Source of the DNA: Octopus sinensis
Taxonomy: Eukaryota
DNA: 64,000 nt
Assembly: GCF_006345805.1 (NCBI RefSeq)
Contig: NC_043001.1
Coordinates: 123,814,001 to 123,878,000, forward strand
Direction of reading: 5' to 3'
The notes under the pieces were generated by a model that saw nothing but the letters and a program-made list of their open reading frames with translations, searched no databases and was not told the DNA's origin. The position numbers were made by a program, and so were the translations under genes. Of the stretch, positions 26,960 to 40,969 are shown piece by piece. Positions within the stretch are counted from its first letter, which is position 1. Every line of letters begins with the position of its first letter.

Positions 26960-27830
26960 GAATTGTGAGAATGAATGCTAACAGGAAATTCAATTGAAGA
27001 ACACTTAAGAGTCTCCAACTCGTTATTTCTATTTGCCTTGATATAACAAGTGATATTACGACTTCAGCTCAATTAGACGTTATTGTACAATATTATCGCA
27101 AAGGCTCTACTTATGAAAGTTTTATTAAGTTAGAGAATGTGCCTTAAAACACGTCAGGAAAAGATATAAATGGATGTGCTAAAATATTTCATGTAAGACA
27201 GATTTGTGAAAAATGTCAGTTATGATTGATTGTTCTTCCACTATGGTAGACCGAAAAGTTGGTTTTGTAAAACAATTTACAGCATGTGGTCATCTTCTTA
27301 TTCCTTCCCATTATATTTTACATCAGGAAGAAATATGACAAAAGAATTCTTTAACGATTTTCCTGCAGTGATTTAAGTTATTTCAGTCAATTTGATACCT
27401 TCCAGGCTTGTGAGCAAAAAATAGTTTAATTTACTTGTAAATGAACCTGGATCGGTTTACAATTGTTTGTTTCTATGGCAGTAAGATACAATGGCTGCAT
27501 TGCCAAATACTCGAACGATTTGTTGAGCGTTTAAGTAAAATCTAGCTAACTTTTATTTTCCAGATTTGTTTAATTTTGTTCTTGGCTCAGTGAAATTATG
27601 CTTTTCGCAAACCTTCCTTTGCCGCTGAATGAAACTTAATATCAAACTGCAAGGCTTGGGGCAATCTATTGACGTGGTATTTGGCTTGATAAAGAGTTTG
27701 AAGAATAAAATCCGCATTTTTATTTCTATGTGAATTACATTGCAAGGATTCCAAGATCCATAAAATTCCTCGAAGAAATCAACTGTAAAACCACCGAAAG
27801 ATGACTTAAATAGTGTATATAGTCGGAAAC
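26960..27830 (+). pseudogene. hAT transposase fossil (SPIN/GTF2IRD2-like)
   Basis: Decayed frames give ICLDITSDITTSAQLDVIVQY, TSGKDI, HYILHQEE and WLSEIMLF...LNIKLQGLGQSIDVVFGLIKSLKNKI. Confidence 0.7.
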
Positions 27831-27929
27831 TAAAGGAAGCTCGTTGTTTACACACACAAACACACACACAAACTTATATATGTGTGTTTGCATGCGTGTG
27901 TGTATGTATGTATGTGTAGGGGATATGGT

Positions 27930-28112
27930 GTATTACGTTGGTGTGTTTACGTTCCTGTAATCTACCGGTTTGGCAAAAGAAACTGATATACTAAGAAGTA
28001 AGCTTTAAAAAAATATGTACTGGGGTCGACTCTTTCGACTAAAATCTTTCAAGGATGTACTCCTGCGTGGCTCCAGTTTAATGACGGAAACAAGTAAAGA
28101 ATAAAAGATAAA
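27930..28112 (+). mobile_element. Family B SINE 3' part, diverged
   Basis: TTGGTGTGTTTACGTTCCTG...GGGGTCGAC...GACTAAA...GAAACAAGTAAAGAATAAAAGA. Confidence 0.65.
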
Positions 28113-28661
28113 AAGCAGATTCCAAAGACCTGCAATTCGGAAATTAAACGTATCGAATGGTTGGATTCAAGAGATCTAGAAATATTTGTCAACTTACAAT
28201 TTTATTTTTGTGGAAGACAAAATTCATTACACTACAGATGATTTGAAGGAACTTGAACCTGTACAAATAATCTTGAATAAACGTGACTCTTTTTAGCGTG
28301 GAATTGTATTCCTGAAAATATAGATGTTCGTAAATCTTGCGAAGAGCACACTTTCCCCCTTTCTTGTCACTATACTCATGTGAAAAAATATACTATGCAT
28401 TAAGGAATATCAAAATTTAACGGGAAGAGAAAATATCATGGTTTGGAATGCTAACTGCGTAGTCTGAAAAGAAACTCCAAATTATTCTTTGTATACTTGC
28501 AAATGCTTTATCAAAATCAGAAACAAAATAGTCAATAAATTTATGGCAACATTTGAAATTGTACTTTGTTTTCCTAGATATATAATTATATTTGAAATTT
28601 CAAGTTATATTTTACTACACTCTTCGATAATACACACACACGCACACACACACAAACACAC

Positions 28662-28827
28662 ACACCTCAACGCCTACAATTTCAACAGCAGTGTCTCTTG
28701 AGCTAGTACGTACAGAAGAGAAGTAGGGTACACATTTGCCGGACCGAGTGCATGATGCCGAATGGTTCCCAAAGTTGACCATTCACCCAAACTACCGAAC
28801 AGATGTTTCGGTATTTGCGGCGATCTA
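28662..28827 (-). repeat. Isolated diverged copy of an internal RT segment of the Tx1-like element
   Basis: CTCAACGCCTACAATTTCAACAGCAGTGTCTCTTGAGCTAGTAC...GCGATCTA aligns with about 30290-30451. Confidence 0.85.
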
Positions 28828-29129
28828 GCAAGGAAATAAGCCGCTTATTTTTAAGGAATTATTTAAGGTAAAAATACATGCAGGCGTTACTCCGATAACA
28901 GGATTACTAAAATTAGACATTTTTTTAGACACGAGGCAGGCCTGCATAATCCGTAGTGACAGGTCTTTACGCAAATTATATGACGATGTCGACGACGACA
29001 ACAACAACAATAATAATATTTTCTTTACTCACTACTAAACTTTCATACAAAACATTGCGGTCGGTACAGTATAATGTGGGGTTACATAAAATTGAACTTG
29101 TAAACAATAAAAGCGAAAACAAAATACAT

Positions 29130-32100
29130 TTTAAAAACAAAAAATTAACCAATGGAAGGATACCTCATGAAAAACTTACAAAACTACGGAGGTTCAAACT
29201 ACTGGGGAAAGTTCCCTCGTTTCATCGTAGGTGCATGCTTAGAGTTGTCCCGTACACTCGGACCATTCTTCCCACATTCACTCACCTTTTCAAGTAAAGC
29301 TTGATATAGTTGATGAGGGCTTGGGCTGCGAGGTAAATGTATCTTCAGCCTCTTCAAGCTGGTTCATGCCATCCTCTTTCACTAAGGTCAGCGTGCAAAT
29401 AAACACTACATGTTCTTTCCGGTCAAAGGAAGTTGGCGGGACAATATTCTTGATGAACTCAGCCTTTAACCAGATCTGTCCTACACGTGACAGTTAGTAT
29501 TCCATGTAAACACGCAAGTCAGCAATACTCGAACACCGGACGAGAGCGTGTAGAAGTTTCGTCGCCTGTTTATAGCGAACCGGCAATGCTCCCCCGAACG
29601 CAGTAGCACTGCCAGGCCAAATTATCCATAGACTCCTGCACGAAAATCCTTTAGAACATATCCGCCAGTTGATTCTCGTCGACACCCATAGGCTGCCTTG
29701 ATTCATACATGATCCGCGACTACAGATCAGTCAAAGAGACGAGCTGTGGAAAAGTGAGTCAGATAAACGGCGACCACGTTTGCTCACCATCTCGGAAACA
29801 CGGGAGATGTTGTAGCCTACGCCCATGTCTGTGCATCAGCAACCACAGCATGCTCTGTCCTCTATTCAGCGGATATCGACAACAGATGGAGCACCTGGTT
29901 AGCGGAACACGTTTCTTCCACAGGAAGCGTGAGAGTACGCTCCATTTTGTTCCGACGTAATCCGAACTAGGGCACGACGGTCAGGCAATCGTATATGACG
30001 GAAGTAACGTAAGCGTTCGCCATTTCCACCTGACCTTTCAGAGATAGCTTTCTATCGACCCATGTTCACCGTCCCACAACGTTGTTGAACCTGCTTGCAC
30101 CTGCTTCACCAAACGCCGAGCTGCAGGTCCACTCACTTTTCTTGATTAATTTTGACTCATGTCACCGCCTCGTTTTCGTTTTGATCAGTGCCTACCAGCT
30201 CTAGGTTTCTGGTGTGCGACACTATAACGGTGACGTCATCTACGTATGCCAATAAGGTTCTCCCACACCCTAGTTCTCGCGGGATGCCTCTCAACGCCTA
30301 CAATTTCAACAGCAGTGTCTCTTGAGCTAGTACATACAGAAGAGACACAGGGAACACATTTGACGGACCGAGTGCATGATGCTGAATGGTTGCCATAGTT
30401 GACCATTCACCCGAACTACGGAACAGATGTTTCGGTACATTGCAGCGATCTAACACGGAAAATGGGACCGAAACTGGCCGCCCAGTATTGATGGCCTACC
30501 CTATGGAGGTTTTGGACTGATCCTATCCATTCCGGGTATATTACCCACTCTGAGTATGATGTATCGCATAACATGGAGGCTATTGTGGATAGATCAGCTC
30601 GGGATGGCGCATGTTTGCGCAATACCAATAAGTTCCCCGACGAGAAATACCAGCCTGTTTGCTAACACCTAGGCCAAAATGTTGAAATTTGAGTTCAACA
30701 TCGTTATACGCCTAACCTTTTCTGTTTCATCACCCTTATTAGGGTAATTTCTTATCATTGCCACCGCTCCTCAAGTCGCTGAAGTAGGAATTCTCCCGCT
30801 GAAGTAGGAATTCTCAGTTGTGGTCGCCAAATAAGCCCGGCATATTAAAGTAAATCTCTAGACCATCTAAAGGCGATTTGTCCCCGTGAAGTCCGTCATC
30901 TTATACCATATTTTCGAGGCTATTATCAACAATTCTCAATGCTCCACCAACTGGCCGAGAGTCGTGGCATCCGTCGGGATAGGCACAGAAGTCCATCCTG
31001 TGTTCCACACTGCCATTCGAGAAGTACTGCTGAAATGCTGCACACATCTACCCGGGCCCGAGTGTTGTACACTGATTTTGGTCTACCAAAGACAGAATTA
31101 TGGATTTATTGCCACGTTACGCCTTTACTACTGTAACCCACCAAGCGGATTTCGTTCCCTTAAATTACGCGCTTTATTTCTGGCAATGCATCTTTCGTGT
31201 TTAGCGTTGAAGAATTGGTTGAGGGCCAATCTCACTGCCATCACGTCGATTGCGAAGCCTTTCCTAATTGCCCCTTCCAAGGTTCTAAGTTTCCCTCTAT
31301 TCTATTCCTTTCTATCTCTAAATCTTTACTAAACATAATTGATTCTACTCTAATTGACCTATTCAGGCAAACCACCATTTATTGTTGACGTTGACCCCTC
31401 CAATCCCGCTTAGCTAATCCACTAATCCGGTCTTTGTTAACTTGGCACACTGGGAGTAAGAGGTTCAACTTTCATCAACTGGGTCCCTGTCTACGACGCC
31501 TAATTTGGTTGATCATGCAAATTTGTGATCAGCAAAGCTGACGATCTAAGATAGTGAAGAACTTATACTATCTTTATCTACTAACTTACTGAATATTCTA
31601 TCTCTATACATCCTACATGACCCGATCCAGTTCGTCCATGTCCAAACTGGCAATTTCGGGAAATCCAGTCGGTATCTGTCAAATATTTGAAAACGTTTGA
31701 GCAGGTTTGCGACAATTTTGCATCCTACTCTTCTAACATCTAGCTCCACAAAAATCTAAGCGTGCATCCAAGATGGCTTTCCAGTCACTCATTAGTCCTA
31801 AAGCTCGAAACGTTTCCAGAAAAACTTCCACATATCTGAAGAATACCGGTCGTCCTGCTCCTGCCGGATTATAAGCAGCTACTACTCTCAAAGCGCTTCC
31901 ATTGCTAATGTTCACATACAGGACTACCAAATTAACTTCTGGATCCAGGAAGATGGCACTGATCTTCAGATCAAAGCTTTTCCGAAAAATTACCGCAGCT
32001 CCAGCGCACCGCCATTCCCGCAGGAATCGGCATGAAATATGGTTGATTGGAGAGTATGATGTCACTGACAGTCACAACGCCTAAACTTAGTGACCTGATG

Positions 32101-32720
32101 TCACTGTGCATGTGCTCATAAATTCTTTTCCTAACCTGATCCCACCAGGTTATTCGTTTTTTAATTGGGTTTTGTGTTTTGTGTTAAATGAATGATTTTA
32201 TGAATGTAGGTATGTTGGTTGATTATGTGATGAAATTGCTCTGAGTGACGTATGTACGGTTGTGTGTGTATTCCATTAGTACTTTATTGATCGTGTTTAT
32301 GACAATGTAGCTGATGATATTTAAATTTTGTTCTGTTGGGATTTGTGATGAAAATATTTTGCTCGTAGTGGTGGTATCTGTGATAACGATGATAATTATC
32401 GGAGTGATGTGGACGATGTTGACAATGTAAGTCTAGCTGTGGTTGGGGGTGGTGTTTTAGCATTGTTGATCAGAGGCATCTCACATATTTGTTCGTATCT
32501 ATCAGTTTCTTGTTGATGTTGGTGTTCTTTGATTCCTCTTTCCTTTCATGGCCTTCGCAACCGTTTGTCATATGTAGTTTTGAAAATTGCCAAGTCGCAT
32601 ATGTCGGAAATTCTGACGCCAGTGACGGCTATCACATCCATACTTAATGACCTAAAATCATTGAGTAGGCCATCCTGCTTCCAGGGTGACCTAAGACCTT
32701 AGTCGAAAGGTGAAGAGTAA
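29130..32720 (-). pseudogene. Tx1-like L1-clade non-LTR retrotransposon fossil (APE and RT), interrupted at about 32100-32560
   Basis: APE motifs: KQDGLLNDFRSLSMDVIAV, MSDWKAILDARLD, VWTWTNWIGS. RT motifs: a decayed LDQSKAFDRV-like segment, GFGPIFR, VRVNGQL, HSVRQ, AYVDDVT. C-terminus VNVGRMVRVYGTTL. Many stops and frameshifts. Confidence 0.75.
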
Positions 32721-33634
32721 AGAAACACTGAGTCAGCTCTGAGGCCTCTGAAACGATCTCCATTGGGTTTTCGGTTTCGTTTGGGAAATCCTTTAAGAGC
32801 TTAATGTTGGCCCTTACGTTCGGACTTCCAGATAGTTGGGAAAGTCCTCCCTCAATTTCTTTTTATGTTTCCAAGTCTAGTCTTATTATTTTAAAGTTAT
32901 GTGACACTTTGAAAGTGTTGAACTTAAAGACTTCTCCCTCTGTTTCAATGTTTGTTTTCTTTCTTTGCAATCAGAACATCAAGTATATGTTTGAACTTAT
33001 TAGTACAAAGTTTGGGGTAGGAGTGTTTAGTTGAAGTTGTGATTGTTTGTGTGGTTGTCTGCCGGTACTGATCTTGTATGTGTTTTCTTTTCGTTGAAGT
33101 TGCTGTTGTTGGTGATGGTGAAGGTGGTGGTGGGGTTGTGGGTTTATTTGTATTAGGTGTGGTCGTGGTTTCGTTGGCGCTGTTGTGATTATGCGGTTTC
33201 TTTCGCATCTTTTCAATTCTTATTATTTATTTTGGTTTACTAAATTTTACCCTATCCTTGCGGGGTGATATTTCTTCATCGTAGGGCTCTGACGTTTGTT
33301 GGGGTACACGAGGAAATGTATTTTTGTGTATGTCTATGTGTGCGTGTGTATGTCTATGTGTGGGTGTGTATGTCTATCTGTGCGTGCGTATGTGTGTTTA
33401 AAAGAGGGTGGGAAGGAAGGAGAGTAAAATAGTGTGAGTTTGGTTTTATATTTTCCTGGGATGGGGATCCTGGTTTTGTTGTTGTTTCGGGTGTATTTTC
33501 AGCAGAGCTTTCATGTTAAGGCGCTGATAATGGTATAGAATATCACACTGCCACACAATTCTAGTTGCACGAAATAAATCAAATTAGCATAAAGCCAAGA
33601 GAGCTTGCATATACAATCATACATGTGTGTATGC

Positions 33635-33678
<44 letters not shown>

Positions 33679-33965
33679 CGGAAGATGGAAGATAAGAAAA
33701 CTTTTATTAATCACTAAAATTGTTTCGAACCTTCTAATATCGATCCCTCATTGGTGGGATATTTAACAACTGGTTTAGGAGCATCCGTCGTTCTAAATGT
33801 GTCTCTTCGGGTGATAATTTGATATAACCTGTTGAAATAACGACTGTTCCGCAAAGTATCTTTTCGGTTCGTGTAAAGAAAAGCAGCAACTTAAAGGATA
33901 TAGCTTCATTTATACAGAAGATCAATATATATATATATATATATATATATACCATAGTTTTATCT

Positions 33966-33969
33966 ACTA

Positions 33970-34014
<45 letters not shown>

Positions 34015-34163
34015 AACAACTACTATTACTACTACTACTACTGCTACTGCTGCTGCTGCTGCTACTACTACTACTACTACTACTACTACAACTACACCAA
34101 CTACTATTACTACTGCTGCTGCTGCTGCTACTACTACTACTACTACTCCTGCTGCTGCTGCTG

Positions 34164-34199
<36 letters not shown>

Positions 34200-34265
34200 A
34201 TAATAATAATAATAATAATAATAATGATAATAAAAACAACAACAACAGCAACAATAATAATAATG
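33966..34265. repeat. Compound (TAC)/(TGC)/(TAA)/(CAA) trinucleotide array
   Basis: Read directly from the sequence. Confidence 0.95.
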
Positions 34266-35075
34266 ATATGTTTGTGTGTATGAATGTGTGCATGTCTCTC
34301 CTATTATTCTCTCTCACAGGAATAATCGTGTTTTAAGTATTTTGGTCTAATTGCGTTTTAAGTATTGTATAAAAGTCTCTAGCTCAATGCAATATTGAAA
34401 CAACTGACTGATAGTTTGCAGAGATACTTAGAAATAAATGGTACCAAACCGTCTGGAACTTTTAGAAATCTATATCAGAATTGACTAGTGTAAAGCAAGC
34501 AGCCAGGAAAAGAGAGAACATGTTGATCTAACCTTCCCATAGACTGAGTTTCATAAATGGGGACGAGTCTGCCTCTTCAGAAACTGACCTCACATGTCAC
34601 CTACGCAAAAAAAAAGCTGAAGAGTTTCGGGTTGAATATAAGCAATTTCTAGAAAAAAAAATGCAATCTCTTATTGGCTATTAAACCCATTTTAAGTGAA
34701 ATGGTTTCTGTAAAAAATATATAAATATACATAAATTAAATAATTTATCAGTGATAGTGACACTCGTCTAACCAGTCAACAGCCGCCATGTATGCATGTA
34801 TGTACAGGCTCCCTTTGTTGTATGCCGATTTGATTTTGCGTAGCCAGAATTTAGTGTCACATCGGCGTTATATACCTTTACCATGAAGTGTTTCTTTGTT
34901 GAGGAAATCGATTAAATATGACGTATATAGATATGACATATATATAGACACGCAAATATAAAATAATATATCTAATGCACTTAGATGAATAAAGACGTAA
35001 TTTACTGAGACATACATACAACAGCCATATTATAAACATCGGCAAAGACACACACACATGTGCATAAGCGTAAAC

Positions 35076-35130
<55 letters not shown>

Positions 35131-35195
35131 TATATATACTTATAGATACACACATAGGCATGCAACCATACGAACATTAACCCTCATTACATATG

Positions 35196-35226
<31 letters not shown>

Positions 35227-36539
35227 TGTGTGTAGAATTACTGCAATATACAGATGAATGAGCGATAGTACTCAAATTTATAGTCAGCCAAATTCTGATG
35301 GGGATGGCGTGTGCGTAGGAAATGAAGTTAATAACTTGTTATTTTATAGAGCTAGAATATAATAAATAAAGAGGTAATTCAGATACAGATGGGTGGGTGC
35401 AGTCCAGTTAACATGAGTAAGGCTAGCATTGAGATCACTCTTCGATCTCAATATGTTTGCATATGGAAATATGTACGGATACAGAGAACTAAGATATACA
35501 TACTGATACATAAGCATATCCATGCACACGCATACCTAGGTATATGTACTCGTACAAATAAATATGCAAGAGCAATGCTGATCTGTTCCTCTCACACAAG
35601 TCAGGAAACAAAGCAATATTCGGAAGGAAGACACCCGTCCAATATTCGACAATGCAACGTCAAACACAGTGGCTCCAGATACCAAACGTACACTCTACTT
35701 GAAAATCCACTTTCCTTCATGATCCACCCGGCGAGAGAAATTCAGAAGAGCATTTTCGTTATAATAGAGCAATCTCTACTTTTATCCAGTTGCCAAAATG
35801 ACTCAAGTGTTGCAACTAAACAGTAACAAGAGTAATTCACAGTTTTCGAGGCGACACAAAGAAACAACTATCTTAAAAACGAAACTTTTGCTAAATGCTT
35901 AAGGCCTCATCCCGTCTAACAATACAGGCATTGTCCCATTTGTCATTGACGATGGATTACTTATAGGCCAAATGCTATCCCTTCGGTCATCCTAACCGAG
36001 GCACACCTCATCAATGTTCACATACACACTGAGGGTTAATGATTTTTCCATTATTCGTGGTGATGGAGCTAGTTGAAGACAGGAAGAGTTGCTACTTTCA
36101 TCCACCAGTTTCTTGCTGCAGAAGTAAAGAGCGTATTTTATAGTGGTTATTGAGTATCAGTATCCGTACACAACGATGACGATGAGCTGTTCTCTATAAT
36201 TGGGCGCTACAGAACACTCCAATCATTTCTACTCTGCCTCCAAGAATGCCTGCAAAAATAAAACTGTTAATCCAACAATAAAGAGTGATGTCAATCTTCG
36301 CTTTGTCGATTGTACTTTGAATACTTTGAAACTAAGAATTTTCATGTGAACCTTAAAAGAAGCGGCAGTAAAGACATTTTGCAAATTTGAGTGATTTTTT
36401 CCTGTCCTAAAGCGTGTTTGTGCCAGGTACACTCATACATATGATTGTAATCAATTCATAAATAGATATAATTGAATGTTTACAGGCTGATGTTTGTCGA
36501 CTGTTTATCTTTTCCATTTTCTTATTCGCCTTATGTATT

Positions 36540-36605
<66 letters not shown>

Positions 36606-36606
36606 C

Positions 36607-36694
<88 letters not shown>

Positions 36695-37427
36695 CATACA
36701 TATACAGCCGTTAATTTCTGCATACGGTGAGCATCTAACTGAAGTACATTTGATCTTTTCTTTATCTATTTCTCTGTTCTTCTTGTAGAAGAGCGTATGT
36801 TCAAAACTTAAAAGACTTACCATAAACCTACTATACTTTTTTCTCAGAGGAACATACATATATGCGTGCGTGTGAGTGTATGCATATTGATACAATACAG
36901 CCGAAGGGTTCAGAATTTCGCCTTGCGATGAAGCCTTAGGTTTGACTCTATCTCTGTTGTCGGGTAAGTATCATCTTGTATACATTCGCTATATATATAT
37001 AGTTGAACTATATTTGTTGAGCGAAACTTTGTAGAAGAAAACTGAAATGAAGCCCATCGGATTTATTATACCTGTAATTCAAAAGTACAACCTTCCGATA
37101 CTGTGTTACTCTGATTTTGTCAAGCAATTTCATTACACAACCGTGGAATCCCGATGCAATTAGTATATAATACAATGAGCTTGATTGCTCAGTTGATCAA
37201 ACACTTGAACACTCATAGCTGGACATTCTTACCGAGATCCATTTTATCTATATAAATCTGTTTCTATATATGCGGCTGATTGTATGTGTGTGTGCGTGTT
37301 TGTACAATAGTGTGTGTGTGTATAAATACATACTCAAGTACACACGCACACACACGAAGATACGATCAGGTATGATGAATGCACATTTGTTCACGTGATT
37401 GTATACATAACTACCTGTTTATATATA

Positions 37428-37474
<47 letters not shown>

Positions 37475-37475
<1 letters not shown>

Positions 37476-37611
37476 CTTTATTTGAAGCAGCAGAAAATTC
37501 AACAAAATCTGTTACTCTGAGTTTCTCGTTGCCTTTCATCAGACAGCAAAAAATACCACTGGTATTTGAGTACTCTTTTTTCCACCTTGTTTCACATTTA
37601 GTGTTTACCCC

Positions 37612-37613
<2 letters not shown>
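37475..37613. mobile_element. HHR-bearing repeat (same family as 62110-62250) with an internal inversion
   Basis: 37475-37546 matches 62118-62190 in reverse orientation, while 37560-37613 matches about 62195-62250 in direct orientation. Confidence 0.7.
37509..37546 (-). ncRNA. Minimal type I hammerhead ribozyme motif (stem II decayed)
   Basis: CTGT-CTGATGA-AAG(GCAA)CGA-GAAA-CTC(A)GAG-TA^-ACAG. The core is canonical but stem II is mismatched. Confidence 0.6.
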
Positions 37614-37667
<54 letters not shown>

Positions 37668-37671
37668 ATTA

Positions 37672-38539
37672 CTAGCTGACTTACCCGGTAATTCCTGGGA
37701 AAGCGGGGCTTATCCCTTGGTTCCGTTCTCATAATTGTTTCGCAATCCTATAACAACAATAGAAATTATGAAGCCCTTAGCACGGCTTTTGGCATTTACA
37801 GAACATACTGAACTGTTTTAACACAAATCTTGTTTTTATGAATTCCCAATTAGTTATGAATACCCAAATTATGAAGTCAGTTATGTAATAACATGAAATT
37901 AGCAACTCGATAGTAAGAATTCAAATAGACTAGCCTCGAAAACGGTTTTAATAATGCGTTCCAGTGTATATAGAACATATGAGAAAATACTAATAGTTAT
38001 GTATACTAAAATCGTGAAGCATGTTTCGTAATAACAGGCTAATCCGATATGAGATAATAACAATTCAAAGTAAATAAGTGTGAAAAGTGCTTTAGTGCGT
38101 TCTCAAAGAATATCGCCCTCAGCTCAGAGGCGCTAGTGTTGGTATATTCGTGAATTAGTTACTAACCGAAAAAGTGGATCTGTTGTTTAGGAAAATACTA
38201 TTTCTTGTTTAAGGGTTGTACTGGATAAATTGCGAAAATGACTCTAACAGTTCAAATACTAAGAAATAAGCATACTCAATTTGTTTTTTACCAAATAAGT
38301 AAGGAAAATGAATGGATTATTTCCCTTGGCTATATATAAGGATCCCTTCCAGGTGTGAATGGGTTATTTCCCTTGGTTTTTAAAAAATATATTAGATATA
38401 TATAAGGATCCTTTCCACGGACCCTATTATCGATTTTTCAACAATCTAAGTATGCAATGAGGTTTCCAGATATGAGTTCTACTCGCGTGTCAAGTTTCAT
38501 TAAAATCGATAAAACGACAGAATTTCTCACATGTGTTGT

Positions 38540-38541
<2 letters not shown>
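37672..38541 (-). mobile_element. Non-autonomous Helitron, copy 1 (about 870 bp)
   Basis: Minus strand reads A|TCTACAAC...CCCAGGAATTACCGGG hairpin...CTAG|T: canonical TC/CTRR termini, AT insertion site and 3' subterminal hairpin. Confidence 0.8.
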
Positions 38542-38597
<56 letters not shown>

Positions 38598-38611
38598 TAT
38601 ATATATATTTA

Positions 38612-39482
38612 CTAGCTGACTTACCCGGTAATTCCTGGGAAAGCGGGGCTTATCCCTTGGTTCCGTTCTCATAATTGTTTCGCAATCCTATAACAACAAT
38701 AGAAATTATGAAGCCCTTAGCACGGCTTTTGTGCATTTACAGAACATACTGAACTGTTTTACACAAGATCTTGTTTTTATGAATTCCCAATTAGTTATGA
38801 ATACCCAAATTATGAAGTCAGTTATGTAATAACATGAAATTAGCAACTCGATAGTAAGAATTCAAATAGACTAGCCTCGAAAACGGTTTTAATGCGTTCC
38901 CAGTGTATATAGAACATATGAGAAAATACTAATAAGTTATGTATACTAAAATCGTGAAGCATGTTTCGTAATAACAGGCTAATCCGATATGAGATAATAA
39001 CAATTCAAAGTAAATAAGTGTGAAAAGTGCTTTAGTGCGTTCTCAAAGAATATCGCCCTCAGCTCAGAGGCGCTAGTGTTGGTATATTCGTGAATTAGTT
39101 ACTAACCGAAAAAGTGGATCTGTTGTTTAGGAAAATACTATTTCTTGTTTAAGGGTTGTACTGGATAAATTGCGAAAATGACTCTAACAGTTCAAATACT
39201 AAGAAATAAGCATACTCAATTTGTTTTTTACCAAATAAGTAAGGAAAATGAATGGATTATTTCCCTTGGCTATATATAAGGATCCCTTCCAGGTGTGAAT
39301 GGGTTATTTCCCTTGGTTTTTAAAATAAAATATATTAGATATATATAAGGATCCTTTCCACGGACCCTATTATCGATTTTTCAACAATCTAAGTATGCAA
39401 TGAGGTTTCCAGATATGAGTTCTACTCGCGTGTCAAGTTTCATTAAAATCGATAAAACGACAGAATTTCTCACATGTGTTGT

Positions 39483-39484
<2 letters not shown>
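38612..39484 (-). mobile_element. Non-autonomous Helitron, copy 2 (near-identical tandem copy)
   Basis: Same termini and internal sequence as copy 1 at an offset of about 940 bp, separated by about 70 bp of (TA)n. Confidence 0.8.
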
Positions 39485-39537
<53 letters not shown>

Positions 39538-40918
39538 TATATATATATATTATGTATGTATGTATGTATGTATGCATGCATGCATGTGTGTATGTATATA
39601 CGCACATCTACGGGCACAAGAGACAGAGAAACTGTGAGTAAGAGGAGAGAGACATATATACGTTGAAACCATAACATATATCTGAAATGCTGAATTCAGT
39701 TTCCAATTTACTGATTAAATGATATTTAATATTTTCCATAAACGGATTAAACAAATGTTATATTTGTCGATCTATATCATGTATCAATGATATATACAGG
39801 CACACTTGAAAATTCGGAACACTCTAGAATTTCTACAAAATTTCATCATAAATCTCGCAAAATATGAATATTATAAATTACATTTTGGAAGGAATATTTA
39901 AGTTAAACTTTGCTGGTTGAATTTATGACTTGTCTGCAGAAGTATATTAATTTTAATATATGACTAAACTAAAATCTTCGTCTAATGTCCCTAGAGATGT
40001 CATAATTATTATCTTCGCTATCAAATATCTAGCGCTTTTAAAAGGCAAATAATTTCAACTGTTGGCTTGGACACAATAATCTCATAGTTTAATTACATTG
40101 GAGGAATTTATTTTGTCTCTTGCGTGTTTATATAAAAATATAAACGCTTAAGAAATACTGAAGAAGATACATCACGGTAATATTTACAGATAATGAGTAA
40201 TATAATTCATTATGAAGATCAAGACAGCTTCGTGGAAAGGTATATGTGCAAATAAGTGTACTGTTTAAACACAGCATGGAATGTCCAGGGACTTCAACTT
40301 CATAGAACTAACAGTAATAATTCTCTGAAATATTTGTCTTGAAAAATAACATTCGTTCCGTAAAGTAGTCCGAAGGATAATATGCCTTTTCCTGAAAAAC
40401 AAAAAGCAAAATAGAGCAGACAAAGCAGCAACTTTCTAACATGAGTCAGCTCAATCAGTCAACGATGACCTAAAGCTAAGCAGCAACATAAACAACAGCA
40501 GCAGTAACAACAATAATACAATTAACTGAATTAGATTCATTAGATTCGGACTCAGGACGCATGAAATATAGTAGTTCAGTAAGATATATACACTCTTCTT
40601 TTATGCTTCTGTTAAAAAGTAAATGATTACATATTTTTAAAATAAGATATCTATTGCAGTGAGGTCGACCTTGCTCTTTATACTCAGGGTCCATACTAGT
40701 GAAATAATGGGGGTCGATGTAACCGGCTTGCTTCCCACTGTTGCAAATTGGTATCCGTGTGCCAAAGTTTGAAATATATTAGGAAATATCTTACATTAAT
40801 GACAAGGTTTTTATTATGTTCACCTTTTACTCTGATGGTGAATATATATATATATATATATTATATATGCACGCGTGTGTGTGTATGTATATGTAGTATC
40901 TATCTATCTATCTATCTA

Positions 40919-40969
<51 letters not shown>

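Noticed and set aside
27553-27867. 104-aa minus-strand ORF
   Set aside because: It is antisense to the hAT transposase fossil.
32100-33300. Thr/Pro/Asn-rich minus-strand ORF remnants, possibly a Penelope-like N-terminus or Tx1 ORF1
   Set aside because: No diagnostic RT, GIY-YIG or zinc-knuckle motif could be read.
34536-34590. Further CTGANGA...GAAA hits here and at about 16700, 33750, 35250, 42190 and 42460
   Set aside because: Stem I/II pairing or core bases are missing. They may be very old HHRs but cannot be supported.
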